A model generated the notes under the pieces. That model saw only the letters and a list, made by a program, of their open reading frames with translations. It was not told the origin of the DNA and made no database searches. Both the position numbers and the translations under genes were made by a program. A stretch of 63,926 nucleotides of DNA, the filler included, from Octopus bimaculoides (Eukaryota), in the NCBI RefSeq assembly GCF_001194135.2. It is 6 parts of 6 records of this genome, joined end to end, with 100 filler letters (N's around TTAATTAATTAA, not from the genome) between each part and the next. Parts side by side here need not be neighbours in the genome. Positions count along the whole stretch, not along the records: positions 22,695 to 40,122 come from NC_068993.1; 5 more parts are not named here. One strand, given 5' to 3'. Numbering within the stretch: position 1 is the stretch's first letter; each line of letters begins with the position of its first letter. This document shows, one piece after another, positions 22,695 to 35,700 of the stretch.

Positions 22695-23131
22695 GTCTAC
22701 CCAACTTATTGGGAAAGAGCATCCAATTTCCATTGGCTAGTATTTTATTGGCGTATTTTTTTTTTGCTGCCTCCTCCGATAGAAATGTTATTTCTACAGA
22801 CGCGTATGTCTTGCCTCTTGTAAAAAACGACACATCTTGCAGTTCCTTCAAACACTCCTTCGTTGCACTCTCTATTCTTTTATTTTTCCTTGAAAAGGAT
22901 TTATATTCCACGACTCCAATTTCCATTTTCGTCTTTTCCTCCTCTGATGTGGTCAACTTTACGTTTGGCCCCTCCTTCTTTATCATTTCTTTATATTTTT
23001 CAATTTTCTCAGCCATGTCTTCGTTCCAATGTATTTCATATTGCTTCAGCAGGCCTGGGACGACGGAAGCTCGACTCCCCGTCGCTGCTGCATACGTCTT
23101 CATTTTCTCCATCTCAGCAACGCTCACCAGG
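22695..23131 (-). mobile_element. 5' part of a second copy of the element B family (element E)
   Basis: MEKMKTYAAATGSRASVVPGLLKQYEIHWNEDMAEKI...GNWMLFPNKLGR is nearly identical to B. 5' junction is GGTATTTCGTCT (23132-23143). Cut by scaffold end. Confidence 0.9.
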
Positions 23132-24089
23132 AGACGAAATACCAATACCACCTACTGCAGTGTGTAACTGAAGGAGCCTACGTTTAGATACGTGTTGGTA
23201 GCGTGAGATTCCACCTTCTGTAATGGAATACATGTTGAGAAGAATGGAATTACCACAGGACATTTAATTTGAAAAACTGGAAAAAATAAGTCAAACGTAA
23301 ATTTTGTGAAAAAGGGGGAAAGAAAAAAAAGATTATCAAGAAAAAAAAATGTATATACTTAGACTTTTTATATAAAAGAGAAAAAAACTGTATAAATGTA
23401 ACCACTCGACTTTCGGGATCGAGTGGGCATTGCACCTCATTTTCATTCTTTCATATTATCATTCGTTTCTTTCATTTTTTCTTCTGATTTCATCTTTTTG
23501 TAATTTTTTGTTCCCCGAGTTTATGCTTGTCGCGTATGTATTGTCTTTATGTGTTGTAATAGTCGAAGAGATTTTCTCTGTCGCCTTTTATAGGTAATAA
23601 AAAATCGATTCGCGCCTGTATGGGCAATAATAAAACCAAACCCAATTGTAGTAATATTGCTTTGAGTTCTCGTAACCACCTCCTCCCTTTTCAATTGGAT
23701 ACGTCTACAAAAGTAATGGAGAACAAATTAATACACTACATAAATATAGGTTTTCCGGTAAGTTACAAATAACAAAGGTATTAATGATCAGTGATATACA
23801 AGTTTCACTATCCTTGCTAATATATGAATCATATATTCTTGTTTGACCTGTGACAATGTCAGTACAGTTCAAAAAGCCAGTAATAGTAGCTAATTGAGAT
23901 AGTTTGTTCGTTCGTTTAAATCTTTAAAAAATAGCGGTACCCCCAGACAAATTGATATACCTCACGTACATAAAACGGTCCTGTTCATACATAGTGTGGC
24001 TGAGTAAAACTTAAGTACTATTAGCAAGAGATGTAACATTTTACTACTTCTACACCCGGGCAAATGTCGGAACCCTTAATTCCCTGCAA

Positions 24090-24360
24090 GTAATCATTTA
24101 AAGGCTGCGAATTGGTAATAGTCAATGTCGGATAGATTGCCTTGCAGTGTTCGTTCTGACACCCAGCACTCTTGAGTTCAAATCCCGCCGAGGTTAGCTT
24201 TACAATTCGTTTAAGCCTCTCGCTCACAAGCCAAATCCACACAAGGCTTTGGTCGGCTCGAGGCTATAGTAGACGACACTTGCCCAAAGTGTCACGCAGT
24301 GGGACTGAATCCAGAACTCTGTGGTTGGGAAGCAAAACTCTTGCCACGTCAGCCTATGTT
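24090..24360. mobile_element. Two adjacent SINE fragments (Meta-type plus strand, second family minus strand)
   Basis: GAGTTCAAATCCCGCCGAGGTTAGCTTT followed by CCAAATCCACACAAGGCTTTGGTCGGCTCGAGGCTATAGTAG...TGGTTGGGAAGC. Confidence 0.75.
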
Positions 24361-25111
24361 TAAATTTAAATATTCATTTTCAATTTACTGGAGATTGTAA
24401 ATATAAAATATTTTATGGAATTTTAAATTGGCGAGGGCTGCTGATCAAATCTTTGCGAGTGGATTTGGAAGAGGGAAACTGAAAGAACCCCATTTATATG
24501 TATATACATTCGCTTACCTTTCCCAGAGGCTTAATGCTTTTAACTTAAGTCCCTGGCGCTTGCCGAATTAGAGCAGTCTTGGTGNNNNNNNNNNNNNNNN
24601 NNNNNNNNNNNNNNNNNNNNNNNNNNNNNNNNNNNNNNNNNNNNNNNNNNNNNNNNNNNNNNNNNNNNNNNNNNNNNNNNNNNNNNNNNNNNNNNNNNNN
24701 NNNNNNNNNNNNNNNNNNNNNNNNNNNNNNNNNNNNNNNNNNNNNNNNNNNNNNNNNNNNNNNNNNNNNNNNNNNNNNNNNNNNNNNNNNNNNNNNNNNN
24801 NNNNNNNNNNNNNNNNNNNNNNNNNNNNNNNNNNNNNNNNNNNNNNNNNNNNNNNNNNNNNNNNNNNNNNNNNNNNNNNNNNNNNNNNNNNNNNNNNNNN
24901 NNNNNNNNNNNNNNNNNNNNNNNNNNNNNNNNNNNNNNNNNNNNNNNNNNNNNNNNNNNNNNNNNNNNNNNNNNNNNNNNNNNNNNNNNNNNNNNNNNNN
25001 NNNNNNNNNNNNNNNNNNNNNNNNNNNNNNNNNNNNNNNNNNNNNNNNNNNNNNNNNNNNNNNNNNNNNNNNNNNNNNNNNNNNNNNNNNNNNNNNNNNN
25101 NNNNNNNNNNN

Positions 25112-25144
<33 letters not shown>

Positions 25145-25639
25145 TAGATATGTGTGTAGATATAGTGTTTGTTTTTGTGCTTGACTCCCACTACTGCTTA
25201 ACAACTGGTGCTGGTGTATTTACGTTCGTATAACTTAGCGGTTCGGTAAAAGAGAACCGATGGAATAAGTACAAGACCCAAAGTAAGTACTAGGGTCGAT
25301 TCATTCGTCTAAAATATTCTCTAAGGCGATGCCCCAGCATGGTTGCAGTCTAATGATTGAAACGAGTAAAGAGAAAAAGACGGAAATTACTCTAGAAATT
25401 TGAAAATTATACAAAGAAATGGAACTTCGTTCATGTTTAAATGTTTAGCAATTACAATTCTTATAATGGGCATTAACAGAAAATACTGCCGACAAATGTC
25501 AAAGTAAAAGAATGGCACAAATTGTTAACCTTTAAAATTCACTTCTTTGTAGCGAAATGTGACTAATCTCCGCCTTCCCCTTCTCATAGGAAGAGAGGTA
25601 GATGCAAAATAACTTTTGAAGCTGGTATTTCTTCCAGTT

Positions 25640-26091
25640 ATCTCTCATCTTTTACTTGTTTCAGTCATTAGACTACGGCCATGCTGGGGTACCGCCTTCA
25701 AGGGTTTTAGTCGAACAGATGGATCCCAGGACAACTTTTAAAGCCTGGTGCTTACTTATTCTATCAAAATTCTTTAGCCGAACTGCTAAGTTACGAGGAC
25801 GTAAACACATCAACACCTGTTGCGAAGCACTGGTGGAGGACATACAAAGACAGACACACGTACATACATACATACATACATATATATCGTTGCTATTATG
25901 CAAAAGTGTCGTAAGTTCAAAAACATTGTTCTACACTTTGACAGTTTTTGATATCTTGGCATCTGAAGCAGCTGGAGATACGAAAGTTCGACCAAAAGAA
26001 CCGGCTATTGCAAGCAAAAATAAACAATGAAAAAAAAAACAAAAACGCATTTGACCAAATTTGGACATACGACAGTTTAACATAACAGCAA

Positions 26092-26129
<38 letters not shown>

Positions 26130-26295
26130 TAAACGCACGACGGGCTTCTTTCAGTTTCCGTCTACCAAATCCACTCACAAAGCTTTGGTCGGCCCGAGGC
26201 TATAGTAGAAGACACTTGTCCAAGATGCTACGCGGTACGACTGAACCCAGAACCATGTGGTTGAGAAGCAAGCTTCTTACAACACAACCACGCCT
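25640..26295 (-). mobile_element. Second-family SINE pieces (3' part 25640-25870, head 26130-26295) separated by microsatellite and unique sequence
   Basis: Reverse complements of the motifs in 20605-21055. Confidence 0.7.
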
Positions 26296-26372
26296 CACGT
26301 TCTGATTTGAAATTTCGTCGCCGTCGACTACATTTCATCCTTGTGGGGTCGATAAAATAGGTATCAGTTAAG

Positions 26373-26624
26373 GGTAATCTTCAAGTTTAGGGAGATAAAA
26401 AAATAAATAAAAATATTCAAGGGAAGTAACTGAACGTCTTACCAGTATTCTCCGTACATCTCTGTTTATAAATAAATCACACACGTGATTTGATTGACGT
26501 TAGGGTTAGGGTGTGATTTATTTATAAACAGCTAGAAGAAAACGGATAATACTGGTAAGTCGTTCAGTTATTTCCCTTGAATATTTTTATTTATTTTTGT
26601 ATCCCCCTAAACTTGAAGATTACC
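26373..26624. mobile_element. Palindromic MITE (252 bp), GG...CC termini, 9-bp TSD, inserted in a SINE
   Basis: TCAGTTAAG|GGTAATCTTCAAGTTTAGGG...CCCTAAACTTGAAGATTACC|TCAGTTAAG. Arms about 110 bp; central TTAGGGTTAGGG. Confidence 0.9.
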
Positions 26625-27182
26625 TCAGTTAAGCATTGAGGGCGATGTAAACAACTTCCCCCTCCCCTCAAAAACTGCTAACTCTGTACCGAAGATTAGA
26701 ATGAATATATAATAAAAGTCACTTTATTTAAAACCAGATTTTGAAAATAAAATTATATGATCACGAGTCAACTCTTTCTCAAATCATACACAAATATTTT
26801 TGAAAAGGAGAGATACATAATGCAGCTAGAAATTCAGATAGATGGTCAAAGTCGGAACGCCTTCGATCATAGGTTTGCGCAATTAAATCTGATCTGGTTG
26901 GACGAAACGACAAAATGTTACGTACACAAAACAAGATACACGTATAATTTTCAAGGTTTCTCTATTGACACCACGTAACCATGAATTAAACACCACTAGT
27001 TTGAGAGGAAGTAGGTTATGCTTTATCATTTATCCACATTTAACAAGTTGCAGAGAGGAATCGAAATTATTTTTGCGGTTCCCATATTTCTGATTTACTA
27101 ATGGGAAAAATATTTTCTATGAGAGTTATCTCCCTTACAATACAACGCGCTGACGTACACACAGACAATATGTTTGGAAATA

Positions 27183-27377
27183 TGAGAGGTGCTGAAAAGT
27201 TCCTGGTTTTGAATAAAAGAAAATACAGGAGGATCAGGTGATTATGATTTTATCCAACATATTTCCCTCTCGGATTTACATACTTATTGCAGCGGTCCTT
27301 TAGAGCTCGGAAGGTTGCACCTCCGACCAGGCGTTTAGCGACACCCTTGAAGCCAGGAACGTTTCAACACCCCTTCG
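27183..27377. mobile_element. Mariner-type MITE (~195 bp)
   Basis: TA|TGAGAGGTGCTGAAAAGTTCCTGG...CCAGGAACGTTTCAACACCCCTTCG|TA. Confidence 0.75.
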
Positions 27378-27499
27378 TATCTTCTACATAAATGCGAGTG
27401 TATGTGTTTAGCCCCCGAAACGCTCTGAAACGGTGCATCTTCGAGAAAAACGAATTTGATTTCCGAAATCTGCATCCCAAAGACACGTCCGTAAATAAT

Positions 27500-27690
27500 A
27501 ATAATCCTTTCTACTATAAGCACAAGACCTGAAATTTTGGGGGAGGGGGCCAGTCGATTAGTTCAATTCCAGTACGCAACTGATACTTAATTTATCGACC
27601 CCGAAAGGATGAAAGGCAAAGTCGACCTCAAAACGTGAAGACGGACGAAATGCCGCTAAGCGTTTCGCTCAGCGTGCTAGCGATTCTGCC
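27500..27690 (-). mobile_element. Meta-type SINE, older-tail subfamily
   Basis: Core TTTATCGACCCCGAAAGGATGAAAGGCAAAGTCGACC; tail region CCTTTCTACTATAAGCACAAGACCTGAAATT differs from the Tx1-type tail. Confidence 0.8.
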
Positions 27691-28149
27691 AGTACATACA
27701 CACACACACACACATTTATTTATTTGTAAATAGTTTTCATAATCGCACTTGTTTGTGTCTAAAGATATGTTAGTGAAAAAATTCTACCTGTGTAGTGACG
27801 GCGTAAGAGTCCATTTAGATTTTTAAAAAAATATTGTTTGATTACATACACAACACTGGCGGAGGTTTATACAAAAAAAGTAAAACTCTAGGAGCCTACA
27901 TCTTTGTTGATACACTCCAGGGCAATAACAAAAGCGCGTGCGAGTAAGTGTGGGTCTTCCCTGACCTATTTATTATACCCGGCGTCAGCGAGCATGTCTG
28001 CATAAATACTATATTATTTGAAGCATAACTACATGATGTAAGTCGCCCTAAAATAGGGCAATAGTAGAAAAAAAAATACTGTAACTGAGACTTAAACGTG
28101 AACATTTTTCCTCCGGAATTTAAACAAAAAAAAAATCTGAATTTAAGTT

Positions 28150-28620
28150 TTGGAGGATTCCACCTCGTCTGTCTCTGTTGCTGGTGAAAATGTCGAAGTT
28201 GTTGACTGCTTCACTAATCTCGGCAGTGAGATTCATAGCGGTATTAATTGCTAGTCTGAAATCCTAAAACAACTTGGACGAGCTGACGCATTTGTAGACA
28301 TGTGGTGTTTGGCGATGCCAATATCTGAGCAAGAGGACAAAGAATTCGGGAGCGCCATCTCAGACTGTTTGGCCATGTTCCTCAATTTTCCGAGTCAGGC
28401 CTTGCTTATCGTGATCTCTTCATCGAGGATCTGGTTGGGTTGACAGCTCCTGTTGGTTGACGCCACAGGTCACTGCAGATGGGGCAGTATCTTGCAGAGA
28501 TGGAAACTGACTGAAACTCCGCTCGATGAGTTGCCCCGGAGGATCCGAGAATATACCTACCGACAAACAGTGAATGCAACAACGCGCTGCAACGGCGCAT
28601 AACCCCACATCTGAACCCGA
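28150..28620 (+). mobile_element. RTE-clade LINE 3' fragment, degraded
   Basis: VSVAGENVEVVDCFTNLGSEIH...EILKQLGRA; RERHLRLFGHV: post-RT motifs of RTE elements. Confidence 0.65.
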
Positions 28621-30429
28621 ATATATACATGTATACATATGTGTATATGCATTTATGGATTGTAGTCATGTTGGAACACCGCATTGAAGAGTTTAATGGA
28701 ATATATCTACTCCAATACTAACTTTTTTTATGTTTGATACTTTTCTTTTGCCGAACTGCTTTGTTACGGAGATGTATATGAAGCAGCACCGTTCATCAAG
28801 CGGTGGATGGGAATAAAAGCTCGAAGACACAAACACACACACACGTTTTTTTGTTTGTTTGTCCCTCCTCGCATGACAACCGGTGTTGGTCGATTACGTT
28901 CCCGTAATCTGCCGATTCGGTAAGGACAGATAGAATACATTTTAGGCTTAGAAAAAATAATTACTAGGTTTGATCTGTTTGACTAAAGCCCTTGAAGGTG
29001 GTGCACCAGCATGGCCGTGGTTCAGTGACTGAAACAAGTTGATGATAAAAGATAGCTTCGAAATGATCCAAGCCTTGTATGTGAAGCTGGATGAATGGAA
29101 ACTGTAGCAGCCTGTCGGATAGATTGTATTTGTGACTCAAAGGTCTAACCTTTTCATAAGTTGTGCAACGCTGACTCGGGCTGAGAATTAAATCAGAGGT
29201 AGACGTAACTGTGGAATACTCAGCCACTTACACGCTAAGTAGTTAATTTCTTTAACAATTAAACACTCCTCAGTGAAACGACCGAGAACCCATTGTCATA
29301 CATTGACTCCAAATCGTACTGAAAACCTAAAATCATGAGAATGCTTTGTCACCAATGTCGCGAGTTCTTGTTCACCTCTGTCGTGGTGATTGCTTGTTGG
29401 TATGTGTTGTAGTGCAGAAGACCATCATCGCGTGGTCTTCTTGGCTGGGTGTTTCATAAATGAAGCAACACACGAACTTCTAACTTTCAACATATTCATT
29501 GCTAGACATGATTTATTGCGTTGGCTGTTTACAAAAGAAAAATACCGATAACTACCAACTGGGAGGAGAGGACCGCGCTGTCTTGTAGAAGGCTGGCTGT
29601 GATACATCGTGTGTGAGCGTCCGAAGTCGTTTCTTGCCCAGTGTGGTCTGTCCGAGTGCTCGAGATGGTCTAGTCTTAGCAGTCTACCTTTTGTGAGTGC
29701 TCAAGGTGGTCTACGCGAATGCCCTTAAGCGGTCTGCCGAGACCGTCTGGCTAAGTTAGGCGCTAAACTGTTTTTATAGGGTGAGTAGTGGCGAATTTTA
29801 AATTATCCAAGGAGCTATATCACACTACATCTCCACGCCTGATTGATTGATGTATAAATCAATCACACGAGACTGGTGGCTCACTCGTGATTTCTAACTA
29901 AATACTTTGCAGTTGGGGGTTCAAATTCTTATAAGATGAAACGCATACCGCTGACTTCTACCTCGTTATTATTGTTAAGTGCATAGAAGGCAGCTAGCTG
30001 GCAGAATCGTTAGCACACCAGACAAAATACTTAGCAGCATTTCGTCCGTCTACGTTACAAGTTCGAATTCTTTGTCAGGCATTGTGCTTAAATTAAAAAC
30101 CATTATTATGAAGTGCAGTGGATGGCACAATAGTTGTATGCAAATATTAAGTTACCTCCTGTGTTTCAGTCCTTCCCAAATCGACTTACCTCTCATTCGT
30201 TCGGGTCTGGTAAAGAAATACTAGTTGAACGCATGAATTAATCCCTTCTTTCTCTATGAAGCATAGACATTCGACGACTTTTCTCCACTGTCCTTGACTC
30301 TTGGCCATCTTTTCTGCTTCTTTTCCTCTCTCAGTCTCTTGTTGGTTTTGAATTTTCACACCTTGTGGTGTTCCAAATTCTGTTGAATTCTGTGGTGTTC
30401 CGAATTACCGTTGAAGTTAAAATAATTAC

Positions 30430-31340
30430 CAGTTAAATACTCATTTCCTTGTTCCTTTCCTCAAAATGATTGACCAATATAATTTATTTGTGATGGACGG
30501 CAGAATCTCCGAGCAAAATGTCTTGGAAGTTGTATCAAGTTATTCTTTGAATTGCTTCCTTTATATTCCTGTAAGACATTGATCATTGTATAGCAGGCCC
30601 TACACAATCCTATAGAGAAGCCATATACGTGCTATATTTGTCCGAGACGTATATATTGTTACCTATCTCATGTAGATTAGATTCTACTGGTGTTAGTTCA
30701 ATGATTTCTTTGAGGACTGCTGCGTTGCCTGCATTGCCAGAATTTTAAAACGGTCTTCTGGAGGCACTGTATGTCAAAAGACTCCAAGACATTTATGTAG
30801 CTGTCTATATGTACTTCATGGTTCGTAAGCATACAAGAGAGAGGATACCTTTTGCGTGGTTCTGACTCCCTCCCACTGGTACTGAATATCTAGTATGGAG
30901 GCCGGGGTGTTTATTTCGGAAGGAGAGGGGACCGCACTTTATAAACCTTCCAAATGATGCAGAAACCTTTCTCAGACAGTTTTGGGATTTCTTTTCCAGT
31001 ACTAAAGGTTACCATTTCCTTTTGTATGAAAACGGTGGAGCAGGTTCACTGTGATTTTACAGTGTATTATGAAGAATTTTCTATGGTTTCTGTACAGACC
31101 ATGTGCACGTCATCCAAGACTGTTGGGGTTGTGATGGAGTTTGAGTTTTCAGTTTTGATGCTAATTTTGTCTTCACTCTGACGTTTTCCGCAGCTGTATT
31201 ATCTTCTATAATATAAATTGGACATGGGCAATCGTTGTATTCTTTCTTGTCTTGAGGTTCACAGCCAAATGGCTGCGTGGATTCGCGTGAAAAATGGCAC
31301 ACATGTGGAGACAGGTACATAGATTGGAATGCGATTTGTA
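30430..31340 (-). mobile_element. RTE-clade LINE fragment (RT core to 3' region), degraded
   Basis: Minus-strand remnants VLDDVHMV (RT xADD position), CLRKVSASFGRF, LESFDIQCLQK; many stops and frameshifts. Confidence 0.55.
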
Positions 31341-31489
31341 CTTTTTTCCTAGCCCACCATAGTTACCAAGAAAATCGATTAAAACTTTTTCTAATGGCAT
31401 TCCCCCGCCATTGAAACAACCAGTTGCTCACACAGCCGGCATATACCATTTCGCTAGCATCGAGGGGAGTACAGGATGACAGTCAATAG

Positions 31490-31735
31490 AAAACTGTCAA
31501 TGAACATCCCCATAGCACAAAAGATTCTTTGAAAGCTGCCATAATTAGAGTCAGGTCCGATATGAACAAGGACCACTTAACCCGAGCTTGTAAACGATTT
31601 CGACACCGCGTGGAGGCAGTAATTAATGCTTATGGTGGTTTTATTGTATGAAATTATTAAATTGATAATTTAGCTTTATATTTGTTACTTTTATAACTAT
31701 ACAGTTTTTTTAAAACCATAAATCTGTCCTCAAAT
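31490..31735 (+). mobile_element. Tc1/mariner (maT/DD37D-like) transposase C-terminal remnant
   Basis: VNEHPHSTKDSLKAAIIRVRSDMNKDHLTRACKRFRHRVEAVINAYGGFIV*. Confidence 0.75.
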
Positions 31736-32179
31736 ACCGTCCGCAGTGTGCGTGCGTGTGAGGGAGAGATTATTTACGGAAGCTTCTCGAACTGTGAGTT
31801 TCTCGTGAAATACAGTTATAATATTTTTAGATATATATATAATGAACTTGTGTACAATGCTCAGGTGTACTACAAGTGCTCGTATGATTCAAGCGTCAGT
31901 GAATAATAAAACACACGCACATTGCACATACACAGCCAGACGGCAAGTCTGTAGGTTTGGACAATCCTACATTCTATTAACATTTCATTTATTTAGCAAA
32001 TTAGAAAGCTAATTGCGGAACTATTTACTTAGTTGAGACCCCTTTCGGTCGAAATTCATGGTACACTCATATTAAGTGGTATTTTCTCTCTCAAGTGTAA
32101 ACATATACGTATTGTGTCATAGTGATAAGGCCATTAGTTGATAATGTAAAAAAAAGTTCATTAACAGTTAACTATAAGA

Positions 32180-32630
32180 TGGTGATATGGCCGAATCGTT
32201 AGCATGCCGGACACCAATGCCAAGCGGCATTTCGTCCATCTTTACGTTATGGGTTCAAATACCGCCAAGATCGACTTTGTCTTTCATCGTTTCGGGTTCG
32301 ATAATGTAAGAACCATTGGTCACTGGGGTCGATGTAATCGATTTAACAACTCCCCCTAAATTGCTGGCCTCGTACCAAAATTTGAAACCAATATTTACTG
32401 GCCATAAGTTGGCGAGCTAGCACAATCGTTAGCACGCCGGGCAAAATGCTTAGCAGCATTTAGTTCGCCTATGTTCTGAGTTCTAATTCCACTGAAGTTG
32501 ACTTGGCCTTTCACCCTGTCGGATCGATGAAATAAGTACCAGTTGCGCACTGGAAGCGATGTAATCGACTAGCCCCATTATCCAATATATCAGGCCTTGG
32601 GTCTTTAGTAGAAATGAATATTTACTGGGG
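32180..32630 (+). mobile_element. Two tandem Meta-type SINEs with non-Tx1 tails
   Basis: Both have the tRNA head (GAATCGTTAGCA.GCCGG) and core; tails CTAAATTGCTGGCCTCGTACCAAAATTTGAAACC and TCAGGCCTTGGGTCTTTAGTAGAAA. Confidence 0.8.
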
Positions 32631-33231
32631 GGTTTTTCTTGCCAAATAAACACATGCACTATATATTCGTTTTCCACCCGTTTATTATTACGTTTATTAT
32701 GTCCATTGTCTAGAAATCTTTCGTCACCCACCTGTGACCTCTTTAGCGGATGGACTAACAGAACAGGAAGGGACATGTGGGATGGAAAAGTCACAAGTAT
32801 GTTACGAAATATTTCGAGACAATAGACATGAGATAAAATAAGAACGATAATAAACGAGTGAAGAACGAATATATAGTACGTGTGTTTATTTGACAAGGAA
32901 AAAAAAATGACCGTCCCGAAATATAATATTCACTATTTATCCTGAGTATTTACTCAAGCCCTTTTCTGAGTCAAATCCCATTGTGTACTTGTCATTCACT
33001 TTCTCTTTCTCCTGGTCGAGGAATAAAGTACCCATTATTTATTGGATGAAGTTCAACTAACCGAACTATATACTCCGAGCAAACCTGGTACTATTGCTAA
33101 GAAATCTTCAGCTGTAATTTGTAGATACATCCCATTTATAGTTGAGTTCCAGTTTCAGTTAAGCTTTTATATTATAATCAAGGAAACAAGCCTTCAACAT
33201 TTCTCCTTGCAACATACAAATAATATTTTAA

Positions 33232-33271
<40 letters not shown>

Positions 33272-35089
33272 ACAATTATAAAAATGCTAGGCTTTATAAT
33301 TCCTATACAGTGGCCTTTTATAACTACTATGTATCTATATAACCTAGTAAAACAAGTAGGCAAACAAAATGTTTCTCTTTAAAGGCAGCCAACGAATAAT
33401 CCCCGAGCAGTTTACAAGCCACAAGTACTGCTCATATATTCACGACAATTTAGTTACACCCACGAACTGCATCTTGCCGATAAGAAAGCCTTTACTCACC
33501 GACACGACGATTATTCCCCCACCGACAAGCACTCCTATCTCTTCCACTGTGACTACAGTAGGCAAACTATACTATCCCACATTCTCTGGTATGTTTTATA
33601 CTATATCTCTTATAAACATTTATAAATTTACTACAGTTATTGTTAACCTTCCTTCTCAGAACAGCATAATACTGGAACTCCGTCCCTGTCAAGGTTTTCA
33701 ATACAAATACGGGATGCAGAATTTCTAACTAATCGCTCTGTTTTGACATCTTTCTCCTCCAAGCGAAATAATATAAATATAAATTGAAGAGCGAGGTAGT
33801 GATGAAATTTCACAGTTAAAGAGAAGGAAAACATGCTCAATCTTGTTCCATTTATTTTTTCTTTCATGTCTTTCTCTCTTTATCTCATTCTCCTCTTTAT
33901 TTGCTTTTATAGATATAAGTTCATAGGCAGACGTTGAGTATTACACGATCACGAATATGTGTGCATAGCATTATGACATTTATCCAACATTTTAATTAAT
34001 ACACAAGCGAATGTATGTTGAGAAAGAGATGACGGAAAGAAAGAGATAATAAAAGAGCTTTCACTGAGTTACTCATTACAATCATAAAATAAATATTGAT
34101 ATTATTCGCTGTAGTCATGGAAATTAGTAAAAGGAAGAGCTTGCTTGCTCGTTAGATGACTTTTTAATTCATGTATGAATTAATCGATATTCATTTATCA
34201 CAAGTGTTATAAAAGAGTCGATTGCTTGACTCTATTCTAATGCAAGTATTTCAGTGTCGAGTCACATCTGGGAATACTGTCCAATGCTAGTAATAAGGTT
34301 TACGTTCAGCATAGGATTTGAGCAAAGTGATTGATTGTCCTGCGTTCAAATCTAGTTGAAGTCAAACTTATTCATCCTTCTGCAGTCGATAAAATAAAAT
34401 AGCAGACAAATATTGAGGATCGATTTAATCGCCTATAGCTGTGGCGTTGTTGACAGTTTTATAAATCAATTATAAACTATGATTTTGTTAGACCTGTTAA
34501 TAAGTTGCACGTTCATGTTCTCTTTCCAGAACTAGGTAGAACGGGCGAGTATTATTTGGTGACATATCTTTTGCCTATGCTAAGGTAACAAAAAAAAAAA
34601 ACTGCATGTTTCGACGATGAGTATTTTAGTTGTTCGATCTGAACTACACGCTTATTAAATTATAATGTTCAACTCAGTTCAGTTCTTCCTGTGCTTTCGT
34701 GCACACTGGACAGCAAGTTGATACCACTGGTTTTTGCTGGCTGCAGTTTTCTCTGTATCCAGACAAGTAGTATTGGCTTCTCTGATATCAGTTATGAATA
34801 ATATAATAATGAAATTGTTGTATGCAGTGTTCGGGTGCTCTATAACATAAAAAAAGGCATTAAGTGTATTGTTGGCAAATTTCAGGAAGCATGGAAGTTT
34901 TGAAGGATGTAGTGTCTCGACAGTTAACAACTGATGCGGGTAGCTTATTCTATGCTTCAGCAATTTTGAGCGTGAAAAAAATGTTTCAAAAAGTCATGGG
35001 TGCTGTGTTGTTTTTTGATTTGTAAAGCGTGTCCACGAGTGTTTGGCGAATAGAATTCAAAAAAGTGCCTAAAGAAATGTTGGAAAGAT

Positions 35090-35330
35090 GGTGGATAATC
35101 TTGTGGGTGTCTACCAAGTCAGTTGTGTGACTTGCACCACCAAGTTTTCGGTTTTCCTCCCTTTGCTTTCCCTTCAGGTGGTGTCCATTTGAAAGCTATT
35201 TTAGAATGGCGGTTGTTCAGGTAGCCGGAGTATGTGACCTTTTAATTTTAATCTATGTTCTGTGATGATTTCGCTAAGTAGTCCTGTGTCGTCTCTCTTT
35301 AGAATGTCTTCAATGGTTACATGGTCTTGT
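35090..35330 (-). mobile_element. RTE-clade LINE 3' fragment
   Basis: QDHVTIEDILKR..LLSEIITEHRLKLKGHILRLP...KWTPPEGKAKGGKPKTW. Confidence 0.65.
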
Positions 35331-35331
35331 C

Positions 35332-35491
35332 CAGGCGCGGTCCCATGAATTTTTCAAAGAAAGGGCACACGGTCAGAAGGGAATATAATTCCAGGAGAAA
35401 AGGGCGTAATAACATTATTTAGAAGGGCGCACTTTTCTTGAGGGGGGAATGTGACCCTCATGCCCCACACCCACCCTTGGGTCCACCCCTG
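35332..35491. mobile_element. Small MITE with imperfect CAGG...CCTG TIRs
   Basis: CAGGCGCGGTCCCA / TGGGTCCACCCCTG, flanked by the direct repeat TTGTC. Confidence 0.55.
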
Positions 35492-35700
35492 TTGTCAGTT
35501 CCTTCTCAGAATTCTTCTGAAGCATCTTTGGTGGAACACATCTCGCTTTCTGTCGATTTCCACAGTATTTTTCCCTGCTGCACTGGCATCGAGAACTGTT
35601 GCTAGAATTATGTTATTATAGAATGTAGGCCGACAGTGTTGGAGAACCAGATAGCGTACATTCTCTCAAATACGGCTCAGCTTTGCCAATTCCATGATTT

